Shown here: in pieces, positions 13,301 through 26,880 of the stretch
How the letters are laid out: every line of letters begins with the position of its first letter
Numbering within the stretch: position 1 is the first letter of the stretch
Assembly: GCA_963514005.1 (NCBI GenBank)
Contig: OY740812.1
Span: forward strand, 30,380,001-30,444,000
Reading direction: 5' to 3'
DNA length: 64,000 bases
Origin: Raja brachyura
Taxonomy: Eukaryota
Notes under the pieces: model-generated
Database searches by the model: none
Told to the model about the DNA's origin: nothing
The model's input: only the letters and a program-made list of their open reading frames with translations
Program-made: the position numbers and the translations under genes

Positions 13301-13504
13301 TGTGGAATTCTCTGCCACCGAGGGCGGTGGAGGCCAGTTTTCTGGATACTTTCAAGAGAGAGCAAGATAGGGCTCTTGATGATAGCAGAGTCAGGGGATA
13401 TGGGGAACAGGGTACTGATTGTGGATGATAACCCATGATCACATTGAATGGCGGTGCTGGCTTGAAGGGCCAAATGGCCTACTCCTGCGCCTATAGTCTA
13501 TTGT
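10341..13504 (+). mobile_element. 5'-truncated CR1 ORF2 + tail, split by a nested insertion at ~10800-12145
   Basis: KADKSPGPDGLHPRVLKE..NYRSVSLTSVVGKLL breaks at 10800 and resumes at ~12147 (tggagttaatcttaaaagatg); [28 protein letters not shown], then CR1 tail. Confidence 0.92.
10875..11900. mobile_element. Non-autonomous DNA transposon (imperfect 19-bp TIR, 7-bp TSD)
   Basis: gttagtg|tagcaatgttataaaattt ... aagttttgcaacataccta|gttagtg; TIRs match 14/19; AT-rich, no coding remnant seen. Confidence 0.7.
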
Positions 13505-14120
13505 GTGAAGGTATTCTTCTGGACAAACCCAAGCAAATGAGAGAATGAGAGAAGCAGGCAGAGGTGAGCACCAAGTGTTTTGTTAACAGTCCCAGGGGTA
13601 AATGCCGCTGGTAATTGCAATCCATGAAGTATCTTAACTTTTGGTAAGGAAATGACTTAAAGTTTATGACACATTGATCTCGATTTTGGGTTACAAAAAC
13701 GACACAACTATTAACGTTTGCCATAACAGTGCGAAATCAAGCAATTTCTGAAGTGTATGCAGTTGGACACAGGAATGACAACATTAAACTAATGGATAAT
13801 TAATTCTTACATTTTGTGCAGCAACATTACATTTTGCTTTCACCTAAATAAATTCCGTACACATCTTCCCAAAAGCTGGAACCTTATACGCTACAGGTGC
13901 ACCTTTTATGGGTCTTTACGAGATTAGCAGAGTCATGTTTGCAGGTCAAGTTCAAGCCTGCTCTTACCCAACAAACATGTAAATATTGTCAGCTCGATGC
14001 ACTACAGCGATCGTAATAATCAAATCACTTTTCCCCAGAACCCAGACAACTGAAATATGATGCAGCATTCGTCAGACTCCTAATAAAGAGCCACTAACTC
14101 AGCATAAATTAGCAGAGAAT

Positions 14121-15202
14121 TGATGAATTGCTTACCAAGCATCCAAATACAGAAAAACTAATAGCGTACATATATAATACTCTTTTGGATAGGGAAGTCC
14201 CAACAACAGAATCATACCGACAGATATGGGAAAATGAAATGGGTCTATCTATAATGAAAGACACTTGGGAAGAAAGTTTACAACGTATACACCGTTGCTC
14301 GTTAAATACCAGACCTTGATACAATTTAAAGTATTACATAGATTACACTATTCAATAACGAAATTAAATAAAATATTTCCTAACATCTCTTCTATTTGCG
14401 ATAAATGTCAGAATTTAGAAGCTAACTTAACGCATAGCTTTGTAACATGCATAAAACTTAATAGTTATTGGGCTGATATTTTAGAATCATTTCTGATGTT
14501 CTTAAAACTAAATTGGTCCTCGATCCAAAGATAAAATAGTAGGAGTTCCTGATTCAAGCCTAATATTAACAGTAAGTCAAATAAATTTTCTTGATTATTG
14601 TTTGATAATTGGAAACAAATTAATATTAAAATTCTGGAAGGGAACATTATCCCCCACAATCAAAATGTGGACAGTGGAAATGTCGGAGACATTGCAATTG
14701 GAGAGAATCAAGTTTGTCCTAATGGACAAATACGAACTTTTTGAACAAATATGGTCTCCATTCATTGACTATTTGAAGGGGTAGCTGAGCTCAGCATTGT
14801 AACTCAATAAGTACCCTGGTGTAGGATTCGATGAAAAAATCTATTCTGGGATTTGTATACACGTCTCTATAGATATTGTTATGTGAAATTGCTCCATTCG
14901 TTGATAAGATGTATACTTCATTTTTTAATTATATAATAATAGTTTTTTCCCTCATATTTGTTTATTTTTATAATTTTTTTTTTTTTTTTAAATTTCCCTC
15001 ATATAATCATAAACATTATTATTTAATCACCACCTCCATTGATTATAGATCTATTCTTTTACTTCTTTACTTTCCAAAAAAAATAGAAGCATACATAAAT
15101 TTCATAATATTTGTATAATTTTTGAAACAAGTTAAATTTGTATTTGAAGAACTGTTATACTGTGGACAATATGCATTTCTTCCAATAAAAATATTTAAAA
15201 AA
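14121..15202 (+). mobile_element. L1/Tx1-like LINE 3' fragment with TSD
   Basis: LIQFKVLHRLHYS..CDKC..LTHSFVTC (CCHC knuckle); AATAAA + A-rich end; TSD ataaat(t/c)agcagagaat at 14104-14120 and 15203-15219. Confidence 0.88.
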
Positions 15203-15524
15203 ATAAATCAGCAGAGAATCATTCCTCAGTCTGTGGGGCTCAGGCGCTCAATGTTTTTTGAAAGGAGGAGGAGATAGTTGAGGTAGGGACTATCTCAACG
15301 CTTAAGAAACAATTAGACAGGTGCATGGACAGGACAGGTTTAAGGTGATACGGGCCAAATGCACGCAGGTGGGTCTAGTGTCGATGGGCCATGTTGGTCG
15401 GTGTGGGCAAGTTGGGCCAAAGGGCCACCTCAAGGTTGTCAACCTATTGTGTCAGGAGATTCCCAACATTACAGATGGGCTCAAAAGAAAGTAGTTACAC
15501 ATTTCAAGTGTGCAAATCTCTTAC

Positions 15525-15622
15525 ATTTGGCGCAGGACAACACCCATAATCTCCCGAGGCCATCACACAGCAGGTTTCATTTCCAGGGCAGTACACAGTC
15601 TCGTTGCACTGCACATTATGAA
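15525..15622 (-). CDS. grn: Progranulin coding exon 8 (N-half module 5)
   Basis: ttttctttgcag|(V)HNVQCNETVYCPGNETCCVMASGDYGCCPAPN|gtaaga; 98 nt, phase 1-0. Confidence 0.92.
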
Positions 15623-16034
15623 CTGCAAAGAAAACATGATAAAGGTAATAAACAGTTGAACAAAACTAGAAAATCATCAAGGGAGGAAGAAAATAAAAGG
15701 GCAATGAGAAAGGAAAAGGGGGCAGAAATAATTAAATTCTCATGTGTGATGAATTTACAAAAACTCAAGACATTAGCAAGTTCAAACATCTCTCAGGCTA
15801 CAAACTTGAAATAGTTTATTTATTTGAAAGTCTGAAATCAAGATTTTGTATTCCATCAATTGGCTGAAGGTCTACAACAATTGGAGCATATGTTTTATCA
15901 TAGCAAAGAACACTTTCATTCAACCAAACCATCTCAGCATTGAAGGGTTATAATCAGTCAAAGAGGATGTACAATTTGTGCCTATTTATTGAGCAAGTCA
16001 AGAGCACAGTATAAGTTATAAATGTTGGGAAGTT

Positions 16035-16420
16035 CAGAGTCATAGCTGTACAACACGGAAACAGGCCCTTTGGCCCACCTTGTCCATGCCTACTTGGCAT
16101 TATGGGCTAGTCCCATTTACCTCCAATTGGCCCATATCCCTCTAAACTCTGCCTACCCATATTTCTGTCTATATGTCCTTAAAAACTCATGTTTATATCT
16201 GATTCAATACTTCCTCTGGCAGCTTGTTCCAGATATGGAGTGAAAAAGCTGCCCCCGAGGTCTCTCTTCGATCCCTCCCCACTCATCTTAAGCCTATGTC
16301 CTCTAAGTCTAGTTTTATAATCCTCTACCTTGGGAAAACGACTGTGACCGTTCACTTTATCCATGCCCCTCATGATCTGGTGCACCTCAATTACGCCACC
16401 CCTCAGCCTCCCACATTCCA
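16035..16420 (-). mobile_element. CR1 3' fragment
   Basis: SLECGRLRGGVIEVHQIMRGMDKV..RGHRLK in ORF 16179..16460, followed by the tail. Confidence 0.8.
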
Positions 16421-16832
16421 AACTGTACGCAAACTCGAGGTTCGGATTGAAGGGCTTCAAATGTCTTCACATTTACCAAGTTCAATGCCTTGAATACATT
16501 AAAATTCTGCCATTCCGCCCCGGGGCCTCTCCTGCCGTTTGCTCACTCATGAATGTTTCCTTGTGACGTCATTCGTGGCTGATGGGCAGGGCAAGTGGAA
16601 AAGTGATTTTTGTAAAAGTATTTTAGTAAAGTTTAAAATGTGAATAACTTATAAAATATACCATCAATCTGAACAAAACTTGTTTCTTTTACATCGCAGG
16701 ACAATGGTAAGGTGGGTCAAAAATTATAGCGCTATCATGTACCGTTTTTGCGGAGTTTCGGAATCTCACGCAATCGCACGCATATAAACAAACAAGATGA
16801 GAGTTTTAATAATATAATATATACTATATAGA
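16420..16832 (-). mobile_element. Probable Helitron 5' fragment
   Basis: Minus strand starts a|TCTATATAG..TATTAAAACTCTCATCTTG, resembling the 5' end at 51441 (tctatattactaaaagtctcatcttg); no 3' hairpin-CTAG seen. Confidence 0.5.
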
Positions 16833-17037
16833 TGAAGCAATAAGCCACATCACCCCAGAAGGAGCAGTCCCTGATAAACAAAAAATTGAAGTTGTGTCCT
16901 GCGGTGGCTCGTGTTGTAGTTCAACATTCAGTTGACCTCACTGAAGTTTTCATATTAGAACACTCAAAGAAGTAATGACATCCATTTAAAATAAAGTCTA
17001 ATTTAGGGTGTGAGAAACAGTAATAAGAATAAAAAAC

Positions 17038-17185
17038 CTTGTGTGTTTTTCATGGTAAATCGTCTGCGGGCTGGAAATTTTGTCCACATTTCCATCACTC
17101 CATACTCAGACAAACACCTGGATTGCTTCAGGTCGCACTTGGTGTCTGATGGGCAACAATGCAGGTGGTCCTCACAGCATATAGC
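17038..17185 (-). CDS. grn: Progranulin coding exon 7 (C-half module 4)
   Basis: atatacag|[49 protein letters not shown]+G|gttttt; 148 nt, phase 0-1; donor is weak but gives the phase the next exon needs. Confidence 0.88.
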
Positions 17186-17633
17186 CTGTATATGCAAAAT
17201 AATATGGGAAATGAAAAGTACAGAAGCATATTCAAATCCACCATATGGCCAAAATATTTACATAGAAAAACAGAAGCTGCTAATACAAACCCTTTTTTAA
17301 TAATAAACATATTCTATAATCTGCAAAAATAACTATAGGACTCAGAAAACACCATCGGCTCATGGAAATACAATATTTTATCTTGCAATCCCTCCGCAAA
17401 TTTTGCAATAGTTAGTGCTCAAATTGTTAAGTGTGTTGAAATGAATTTCATAATTCACATCACGAGGTCTAAATTTTAAATTTATGGATCTCCACCATCT
17501 CTACCCTAGACCTCTACCATGCTACTGTCATAATTACAACATTTGGCCCTTGCATTTAATTAAAATGTTCAGCAGTCCACTGTTAGAAATTATTGTTGGA
17601 AGTTTAGAGTCTTCCAGTAAACCTAACTAATAC

Positions 17634-17743
17634 CTTTTCCAAAGGGCAGCATCCCCATTGCTGATCCGAAAGTTGACAACATGTGGAACCATCTGGACAC
17701 TCCGATGCCCCGTCCGGGCAAATTACCGCCTTCATATTTTCAG
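17634..17743 (-). CDS. grn: Progranulin coding exon 6 (N-half module 4, granulin-B-like)
   Basis: ttgttcatag|(A)ENMKAVICPDGASECPDGSTCCQLSDQQWGCCPLEK|gtatta; 110 nt, phase 1-0, matches phase of the previous exon. Confidence 0.92.
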
Positions 17744-19129
17744 CTATGAACAAATCTTATTTCAGTAATTGGAAACAAATTAGAAAAACTCAAAATACAA
17801 ATGAAATGGTGGAAATAATGAGGTCAGGCTTCATCTGCGTTCTCACATCAATGACTTTTTGATGGAGCTTGGGGAAAAAGTTAGAACACAAGCATGCTTT
17901 AAGTTGGAGTGAAGGCATGCAGAGAGGAAAGGACATAACTGTGATAGACTGAGTGACAAGTGGCAGGGGTGCTGGTGCCCACAAAGAGGGCAAAGAAACA
18001 TCAATATATCTGGGAGATGATGAATGAGAGCACGGGAGAAATTGGGAAGTGCAGGACACAAATAAAAATGATTAGCTCAACGACTCACAATGGCTCCTTG
18101 CCCAAGAAAAAGTAAGATTGCTATTTGTCACAAAGCCAACCAATAAACTCATGGACATTTATTTACAATAAAAATCAATAAGGATCACTGCTCGGCAAAT
18201 ACTCCAAAATAAAAACCCCAGGGCAGGTCTGGTTCCTTATAATTAGTCACAGTTGTTTGCAATTAACCTTGCACTGGTCTTTGGCAGAGCAATGAAGATT
18301 CCCTACAAACAATCCAACTTAATATAATTTGCCATTCATAACTCAAGCTCTCTTCAAGCACTTCTTTAAAATCAATGAATGAAATAGCTTCCATCATTTG
18401 TTCAAGCTTACGGATCACAATAATTGGAATATTTTGCAAACAGTTTCAAATTTATGATCTCTGGTTACTAACACTCTTGCCAGAGCCCATGATCTTGCTT
18501 TAACTTGTCAAAATCCATCAACCTGTATGATGCCAATTAACAAAGAGGGAACAGGGCATTACAGACCAGTTGCAGAGAGGTTTACTGTGGAGCATTCACA
18601 ATGGCGAGTTGCATGTGGATATCACATGACAAGGTGGTTCTACTACTGGTAAAGACTGCAAGGACACCAGGCAGAGTTAAGGAAGTAGTGTAGGATTAGT
18701 CTGAAAACGGGTACTGACCTTAAAGTTCACCTACCTATTTTCTCCAGAGATGCTGCCAAACCAGCTTAGTTACTCAAGCATTTTGTGTTGATGTATGGCA
18801 TAGGAATATCATAGGTATCCCCTCTCTAAATGATGGACTAAATGATGCACTGCTGTGGACACTGATAAGGGATGATGGTTTCAGGGAAAGGCAGCAGCAA
18901 CCACGTTTATGCTGCCATAAGCTATTGCACAATAGGGAGGACACAAGTCCGAAAGCTGAAGTGATTGCGGATGCAATCTTAAACTAATAGATGGGTGTTC
19001 CTTTGGTCACAAACGCAACTTTGGGATGATATGTTGCCATTCTGATGCAGATTTTAAAGATATCTTAGAGGAGCTGCAGGAAATTTCAGGAGGGGAGGCA
19101 AACAGCAAATTACTGTGCATACCAGTACC

Positions 19130-19870
19130 AGGGGAGGTGCAACAAGACCTGGGTGTCCTTTTACATCAGTCACTGAAAATAAGCATGCAAGTACAGCAGG
19201 CAGTGGAGAAAGCTAATGGCATGTTGGCCTTCATTGCGAGAGGATTTGAGTTTAGGAGCAAGGAGGTCCTACTGCAGTTGCACAGGGTCCTGGTGAGACC
19301 GAACCTGGAGTATTGTGTGTAATTTTGGTCTCCTGATTTGAGGAAGGCCATTATTGATATTGAGTGAGTGCAGCGTAGGTTCACCAGGTTAATTCCCAGG
19401 ATGGCAGGACTGACATATGATGAAAGAATGGGTCGACTGGATTTGTATTCACTGGAATTTAGAAGGATGAGAAACGAATATGGAATTTAGAAGGATTATA
19501 GAAACATAAAATTCTTAAAGGATTAGACAGGCTAGATGAAGGAAAAATGTTCCCGAAGTTGGGAGAGTCCAGAACCAGGGGTCACAGTTTAAGAATAAGG
19601 GGTAGGCCATTACAAATAAATGAGGAAAAACATTTTCACCCAGAGTTGTGAATCTGTGGAATGATCTGCCACAGAAGGCAGTGGAGGCCAATTCACTGGA
19701 TGTTTTCAAGAGTTAGATTTAGTTCTTAGATTTACGGCTGAAGGAATCAAGGGATATGGGGAAAAGCAGGAATGGGGCAATGATTTTAGATGATCAGCCA
19801 TGATCATATTGAATGGCAGTGCTGGCTCGAAAGGCCGAATCCCCTCCTCCTGCACCTATTTTTCTATCTT
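19130..19870 (+). mobile_element. CR1 ORF2 3' fragment + tail
   Basis: DLGVLLHQSLK..KANGMLAFIARG..VLVRPNLEYC; same tail as 4380-4600. Confidence 0.9.
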
Positions 19871-21169
19871 TCAATTAAACTAGTTAAAAAGAGGCAATGT
19901 CCTACAAACAATACAGGGAGGTAAAAGGCAAGTTGAAAAGGACTCTATAATTTTCGGATTACCTTGGACGTCACAAACCAGTATGATGAAATGTAAAAAT
20001 ATATCAAATGAATGTTGGGCTGGAGAGGTGTGCGTCGTCAGGAACTGATTCCTGGAACACATTTGTGGGGAGGTGAGACCATGAAACCAGTACAAATGGA
20101 TGCTGGGCAGGATTAGACCAATGGGTGTTAAGTGGTGTCAGCTGGAAAGGTTAGAACCAGGGAAAGAGGAACTTGAGCAGGGCCCTTGGGACGGGGAGGA
20201 GAGAAAACCAGTAGAGAAGTGAAAGACAAAAGCAGAAGTGAAAACACAGAAAACATGTAGAAATACGCAAACTGGGCCACAATACAAAAAACAACTGAAA
20301 TGATTCACGAGATTGAAAAATCTAAAGGCTTTTTTAAATGTACAATAAGATATGAATCACAGCACAGAGGTATAAATGGTATAATATTGTTGTTTATAAC
20401 TGAGGTCTGTCTGGTTGGAGGATAACCAGGATTAGGAAATGAATATTGAGGAATATTCAATAAGAAAAGGAAGTACATGATGTTGGTAGAAAAAGATGAA
20501 CTCACTGCATAACGAGGTTGGATTGGAAATTTAAACGCCGTTCAGTATGGGTGACCATAAGAAACACCAAGGGCAACAAACATTGGCGGGGGTTATCTAC
20601 AATCCCCCAAACATTCGTAGTGATGCAGAGGATGGAATTAAATAGGAAACTAAAGATTAGTGCAATAAAGGGTACAGCTGCAATCAAGACTGACTTTAGT
20701 CTATGTAGACTGGTCAAACCAAACTAACGCTGATGCCAAGCGTGTGCCCTTAGCATCAGCTGCTGCCTCACAACACCAGAGACTAACTTTGGATAGAATA
20801 CTCTTCACTTGTCTGATGTGAAAAACTTCAATAACACTCAAGAAGGTTGACATCAGGACATAGCGTCCTGCTTGGATAGGCAGCCCATGCACAACCAGGC
20901 ACTCGCACAACTACTGATGCACAGTTGTAGCTGTTTATACCGTCTACGGGACGTACTGTAGTAACTCACCAAGACTCCTTAGACATCTTCCAAACCCACA
21001 TCCTCCACCAGCTAGAATGACCTGGGCGTCAAAAGAATGGGAATACAACCAGCTTGATGCAAGCTGGTGGTATTCCAAGGCACCAGGGCACACGCATTCC
21101 TGACTACGAAATATCATTGTTTCTTCAAAGTTACTGGGTCAAAATCCTGGGACTCTTCCTGAGCATTGG

Positions 21170-22240
21170 AACTTGGATGTAAATGTAGATGGTTGGTGAG
21201 TAAATTTGCAGATGACACCAAGATTGCTGGAATGAAGGACTGTGATGAAGGCTGTCCTAGTATACAGATATAGATCAGGTACAGAAGTGGGTGGAGAAGT
21301 GACAAATGGAGTTTAATCCAAGCATGTGTGAAGGCTTGTACTTTGGGAGATCAAGGGGGAAAATATTCAATTAATGACATGCCCCTTAAAAGTATTGATA
21401 TATAGAGGGATTCTAGTGTCCGGAAGTGGCAACAGAAGTAGATTGAGTGGTAAAGACTGCATATAGTATGCTCACCTTCATTGGTTGAGTCATTTAGTAT
21501 TCAGAAAGTCATGATGCAACTTTATAGAACTTGGTTAGGTCACATTTGGAATATTGCATGCAGATCTGGTTGCCTCAAAACAAATAGGATGTGGAGGCTT
21601 TGGAAAGGGTGCTGAGGATAATTACCTGAATGATGCTTGGATTCGACGCTATTAGATTTGGGTCAGACAAACTAAAAGCCCTGTTTCATGGTACAAGTTC
21701 ATTCCAAGAGCTCTCCCGAGTTTGCCCTGATTCGAACTCTGAGATTTACGGTAATGGCCACTCGTCGGTACTCGGGGCTAAGAGACATCCCCAAGCTCTG
21801 ACGTACCCGCTACGTTCATTCTCCGTGCTTACAAGTTTGATTTTTTTTAAACTCGGGAGAGCTCTTGGAATGAACTCATACCATGGGACAGGGCTATTAG
21901 ATTATTTTCTCCAGAACATCAGGATATGCGGGAGACATGATAGAAGTATATAAAATTGAGAGGCATGGATAGGGTAGGCACAGATCTTGTTTCCCCAGAT
22001 GGAAACTCAAATTCTAGAGGGCAAAGTTTAAAAGTAGATGTGTATGGGCAAGTTTTCATCTTTATAAAGGCTTGTGGGTGCCTGGAACATGCGGCCAGGG
22101 TGGTAATTCAGGCAGATGCAATGGTGGCATTTTAGATATGCCTGGTTCGGCATATGAATATGTAGGTGAATGAAGAGATATCAATTATGTGCACCAGAAG
22201 AGTTGGTCTTGGCATCATGTTCAACAAGGACGTTGTTGGC
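21170..22240 (+). mobile_element. Old decayed CR1 RT fragment containing a MITE
   Basis: aaatttgcagatgacacc (KFADDT); ttggttaggtcacatttggaatattgc (LVRSHLEYC). Confidence 0.75.
21676..21896. mobile_element. Harbinger-type MITE (~220 bp)
   Basis: TIR agccctgtttcatggtacaagttcattccaagagctctcccgagttt / aaactcgggagagctcttggaatgaactcataccatgggacagggct; TAA/TTA flanks. Confidence 0.8.
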
Positions 22241-22903
22241 CAAAGTTAGTAGATCTGTAGTTCAGGCAGCTTCTGTGGAGCGAAACTGACAGACCACATT
22301 TCACACCATTTCACATCACTGTGAAGAAGGATCCCCACCCAAAATATCATCTGTGCATTTCCCTCCACAAAGTCTGTCTGGCCAGCCAAGTTCCCCAAGC
22401 AATTTTTTTTTGCTCAATTTCTTCTGGGCTATGCCTTACACAGGCCTATCGTTTGTGTACGAAGGAACTGCAGATGCTGTTTAAACCAAAGATAGACGCA
22501 AAATGCTGGAGTAATTCATTGGTACTTAATCCCATGTTCCCATGACGCACCATCCTTTAATGCTGACACTGCCCCCAGTGCATTAGCCAACATTGAGAAA
22601 TGTTGGGAGGCAGTTCCTTGCACAAGACTGCATCCTGAATGACCACTTGGGCCAAGGACAGGCAACTGGTGATTAGGGAGTGAGAACACATCTGACCCAG
22701 CCTGCAGTAGCTGCCAATAACTTAAGGCTTTTGGAACAGTTATATCATTCACAGTAAAACATAGCTTGAAATTCATCCAGCAAAGATAATTGAAAATATA
22801 TCCATTCTGGCTTGAACAGACAAACATGAAGTTTGAATATATTGGAAAGGCTATAATGAAGGGAGTCAAAATACTTGCCAGGATCAATCTTGCAGCAACT
22901 TAC

Positions 22904-22982
22904 CAATGGGTTTGATGCAGGTTTTCCGTGCCTTATCACACTGGAAGCCCTTTGGACAACAGTGATCACCACAACATACAGC
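22904..22982 (-). CDS. grn: Progranulin coding exon 5 (C-half module 3)
   Basis: ctgattccag|AVCCGDHCCPKGFQCDKARKTCIKPI+G|gtaagt; 79 nt, phase 0-1. Confidence 0.9.
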
Positions 22983-23044
22983 CTGGAATCAGATGGAATT
23001 GTGGGCAAGTTCAGGAAAGAGTGCAATGGTTAAAAACTAAAACA

Positions 23045-23340
23045 TGCTGAGAGAATGGAGCAGCTGGGCTTGTACACTCTGGAGTTTAGAAGGATGAGAG
23101 GATATCTCATTGAAACATATAAGATTGTTAAGGGCTTGGACACACTAGAGGCAGTGCAGGCAGGTTCTCTGGATGCTTTCAAGAGAGAGCTAGATAGGGT
23201 TCTTACAAATAGTGGAGTCAGGGGATATGGGGAGAAGGCAGGAATGGGGTTCTGATTGGGGATGATCAGCTATGATCACATTAAATGACGGTGCTGGCTC
23301 GAAGGGCCAAATGGCCTACTCCTTCACCTATTGTCTATTG
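23045..23340 (+). mobile_element. CR1 3' fragment with internal deletion
   Basis: LGLYTLEFRRMRGYLIETYKI; tail matching 13400-13504. Confidence 0.85.
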
Positions 23341-25187
23341 TCATAAAACAATATTTCTTCCATTCAACCTGATAGACAAAAAAGTTAAAAATAATATTTA
23401 GTGGTGTCTGTTTTATGTACAAAGGATGTAATATTGCAGGCCGCATTAAAATATATATTTAAAAATCAACTATTGACAGCATAGATAAAACTAAAGTTGT
23501 TAAAGTTAAACTAAAACTAATGTTCTCATTTCACAGCCAAGTGAACCACTGATGGGCAGGTTGAGGCGGTCTTTTAAAAGTTATTGTGTATTGAACAGGT
23601 ACATGAATAGGAAGGGTTTAGAGGAATACGTGTAAAATGCATGCAAATGGCATAGATGAGAATTTTGTCAGCATGGACGACTTGGGCTCCAAGGCATGTT
23701 TCTGTGCTGTATGACTATGACAACCAAACATGTGGAGAAGAGGAAAGTCCAGAATGTATAGCGGTACTGCTCTTTTAAGGTGATCGTAATCTAAACCCAT
23801 TTCCTTCATTCCTCAAACCCTACAATGGGCCTGGTTTGCAGAGGAGATTATTTTATAACAAGTATGCAATGATATGGAATGAGAATCTTGCAAAAGCTCT
23901 CCAATTGCCTGAACAAAGGACATGGGAGGCATTTCAGATCCTTTAACTCGTGATCTCAGTCATGTCAGATGTTCTGCCCAAACAAGAGTTTCAAGCTCAG
24001 TGGTGAAGGAATGTGAGGTGTTGGTTGGCTTTCCTGTTCCTTTCTGAAGGCAAAAAAACGACAAAGGCTTATTATACTGCAGTAATAGCTAGTGACAATC
24101 CAGGACTTGAAAGATCAATAATACCCATGTTAAAATTATCCTTTGCATATTCAAGGTCAAACCCTTCATCAGTAATAGTAGCTTAATGTCATAATCTGCA
24201 TATATTATTTGTTTCAGAGCTTTTCTGAAGACCACTAATAACAATGTCTGGTTCAAGGTGCAGAGTGCCAGAGTGCATGCACAACAGCACACCTGAATAC
24301 AGATAGCTGAATCTGTTTTTCATACATTGGAATGAGACTCTACTTGCTGTGTAATGAAGTGATATTTTGCAACATTTTTGAAATTCTCTCATCACAGGAG
24401 CTCCTGAACATTGACAGCTGAGTGTCTATCTGCTACGTTCAGCATTAAGCTTCAATAATTGAAGATGTTTTGATGAGCAGTCCAAAGCAAGGCACATTTT
24501 TCAAGGAGCTAGAGGAAAGGTCAGCTAAATACCCAGACATAAGCTACCAAATAGCCTCTTTGGCAGTAAGGTGCTTGAAATCAAAGATAGAGAAGCATAA
24601 AAAACAATGATTAAATATGACCCCAATACATGGTTAGGCTAAATGGCTAATTTCTCAGCCAGATTTCCTATGAATTCCTGTCAATAGAGATGTTTTGACC
24701 AAGTTAAATGCGAGAACATCAGAAAAAACGCGGACGTGCATTCTTCATTTTGTATCATTACAGAAAAGTGAATTACTAAGTGAATCTGCCAACAGTTGGT
24801 AAACATGTTCACTGACTGTAAAAGAGAGCAGCTTCAATGCTCAGTTTCAGGCCTTACGTTGCAGGGTAGTTTATTAAGCCTATGTTGGAGAGAAGAATGA
24901 GCTCCACCTTCAAAAACCCACAGGTTAGTGTTTCCCACCATTTACTGCATTAGCCAAGTCAATGGCTATCAGAGCAAAATATACTAAACCCAAAAAGGCA
25001 TTCATAGTACAAGTTTCTAATCATATGCAAATACTTGATAAAGGATGTAAACCCAAACCTCAATTCAAAAGCAAAATAATGCAAATAACGGAATTAAGAG
25101 ATAGAAATAAAATGCTTTAAATATTCCGGTTTGTTTCCACATCTTTCAGATCAAACATTTAAATCAACCCAGAAAAGCTATTAAAGA

Positions 25188-26407
25188 GGGTTACACAAAA
25201 AGCTGGAGAAACTCAGCGGGTGCAGCAGCATCTAAGGAGCGAAGGAGATAGGCGACGTTTTGGGTCGAGACCCTTCTTCAGACTGGTCAGGGATCAGGGA
25301 AACGAGAGATATAGACAGTGATGTGGAGAGATAAAGAACAATGAATGAAAGATATGCAAAAAAGTATCGATGATAAAGGAAACAGGCCATTGTAAGCTGT
25401 TTGTAGTGTGAAAATGAGAAGCTAGTGCGACTTGGGTGGGGGGGGGGGAGATAGAGAGAGAAGGAATGCCAGGGCCCGAGGGCTGAGGGGGAGGTGGGAA
25501 GGGGAGGAGGCAGCCTGGGTTAACAGAATTGAGAAAATTCAATGTTTAAGCCCAGAGGATGCAGACTCCCCAAGCGGAATGTGAGGTGCTGTTCCTCAAA
25601 CTTGCGATGTTGCTCACTGGCCGTGGAGGAGGCCCAGGACCGAGAGGTCGGATACGGAATGGGAGGGGGAGTTGAAGTGCTGAGCCACTGGGAGGTCGGG
25701 TTGGTTATTGCGGACCGAGCGGAGGTGTTCAGCGAAACGATCGCCCAGCCTCCGCTTGGTCTCACCGATGTAGATCAGCTGGCATCTGGAGCAACGGATG
25801 CAGTAGATGAGGTTGGAGGAGGTGCAGGTGAACCTCTGTCAGACTTGGAAGGACTGCTTGGGTCCCTGAAAGGAATGGATGGGGGAGGTGAAGAGACAAG
25901 TGTAGCATCTCTTGCGGTTGCAAGGGAAAGTGCCCGGGGAAGTGGTGGAGCGGGAGGGAAGGGAAGAATTGACAAGGGAGTTGCGGAGGGAGCGGTCTTT
26001 GCGGAAGGCAGATGGGGGGGGGAGATGGGAAGATGTGGCGAGTGGAGGGGTCACGTTGGAGGTGGCGAAACTGGCGGAGGACTATCTGTTGTATGCGCCA
26101 GCTGGTGGGGTGAAAGGTGAGGGCCAGGGGAACTCTGCCCTTGTTGTGAGTGGGGGAATGGGGAGAGAGGGCAGTGTTGCGGGGTATGGAGGAGACCCTG
26201 GTGCGAGCCTCATCTATAGTGGGGGAGGGGAAACCCCGTTCTCTGAAGAACGAGGACATTTGTGATGACCTGGTGTAGAACACCTCATCCTGGGAGCAGA
26301 TGCGGCGTAGACGGAGGAATTGGGAATAGGGGATGGAGTCCTTACAGGAAGCAGGGTGGGAGGAAGAGTAGTCCAGGTAGCTGTGGGAGTCAGTTGGTTT
26401 GTAGTGG
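25188..26407 (-). mobile_element. Penelope-like retroelement, 5'-truncated (RT C-terminus + GIY-YIG region + tail)
   Basis: FRERGFP, VPLALTFHP, GTFPCNRKRCYTC, EQHLTFRLGSLHPLGLN motifs; 12-bp TSD agctattaaaga at 25176-25187 and 26408-26419; tail holds a hammerhead-like core. Confidence 0.9.
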
Positions 26408-26880
26408 AGCTATTAAAGAAACGTGTTCAATTGCAGAAATAGCTGGTAGGGACTGTGAACAAAATTAAAATGATGTGCGACTATACAATTAATATTTCAT
26501 TCTTGTCGCACTGACATCTCCTGACATTCCTCTTCTATTGTTTCAATCAACAACCACATTAAATCTTTCCTGCTCTCCATACTATCGCAGCACTTCCTTG
26601 TGGTTCACTCTTCCTCTTCTTCCTTTTTCTGCCATTTCCCATAATTTAATTCCTAACTTTTCCCCACAAGATACGACAAAAGGTCTTTGGCCTAACACAC
26701 CAATTCTCCACAGTTCGTGGTTAACCTACAGATTTGTAGCATTTTGCTTTCACATAAAATTAAAAAAATTAAAACGCTCAGTCTCAATATATGTATGGAA
26801 AATTAGTTATGAATTATAGGTGTTGTATTGGTACTTGTTTCAAAGAGAAACCATAAAAGGTAATTTCATTCAGGGCTTAC

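Noticed and set aside
24089-24292. Cys-rich ORF (CCCACTLALC) after an AG on the minus strand, as a possible granulin exon
   Set aside because: Cys spacing does not fit a granulin half (no D/HCCP), and exons 4 and 5 already join in phase without it.
25542-26120. 192-aa plus-strand ORF
   Set aside because: Antisense shadow of the Penelope coding fragment.
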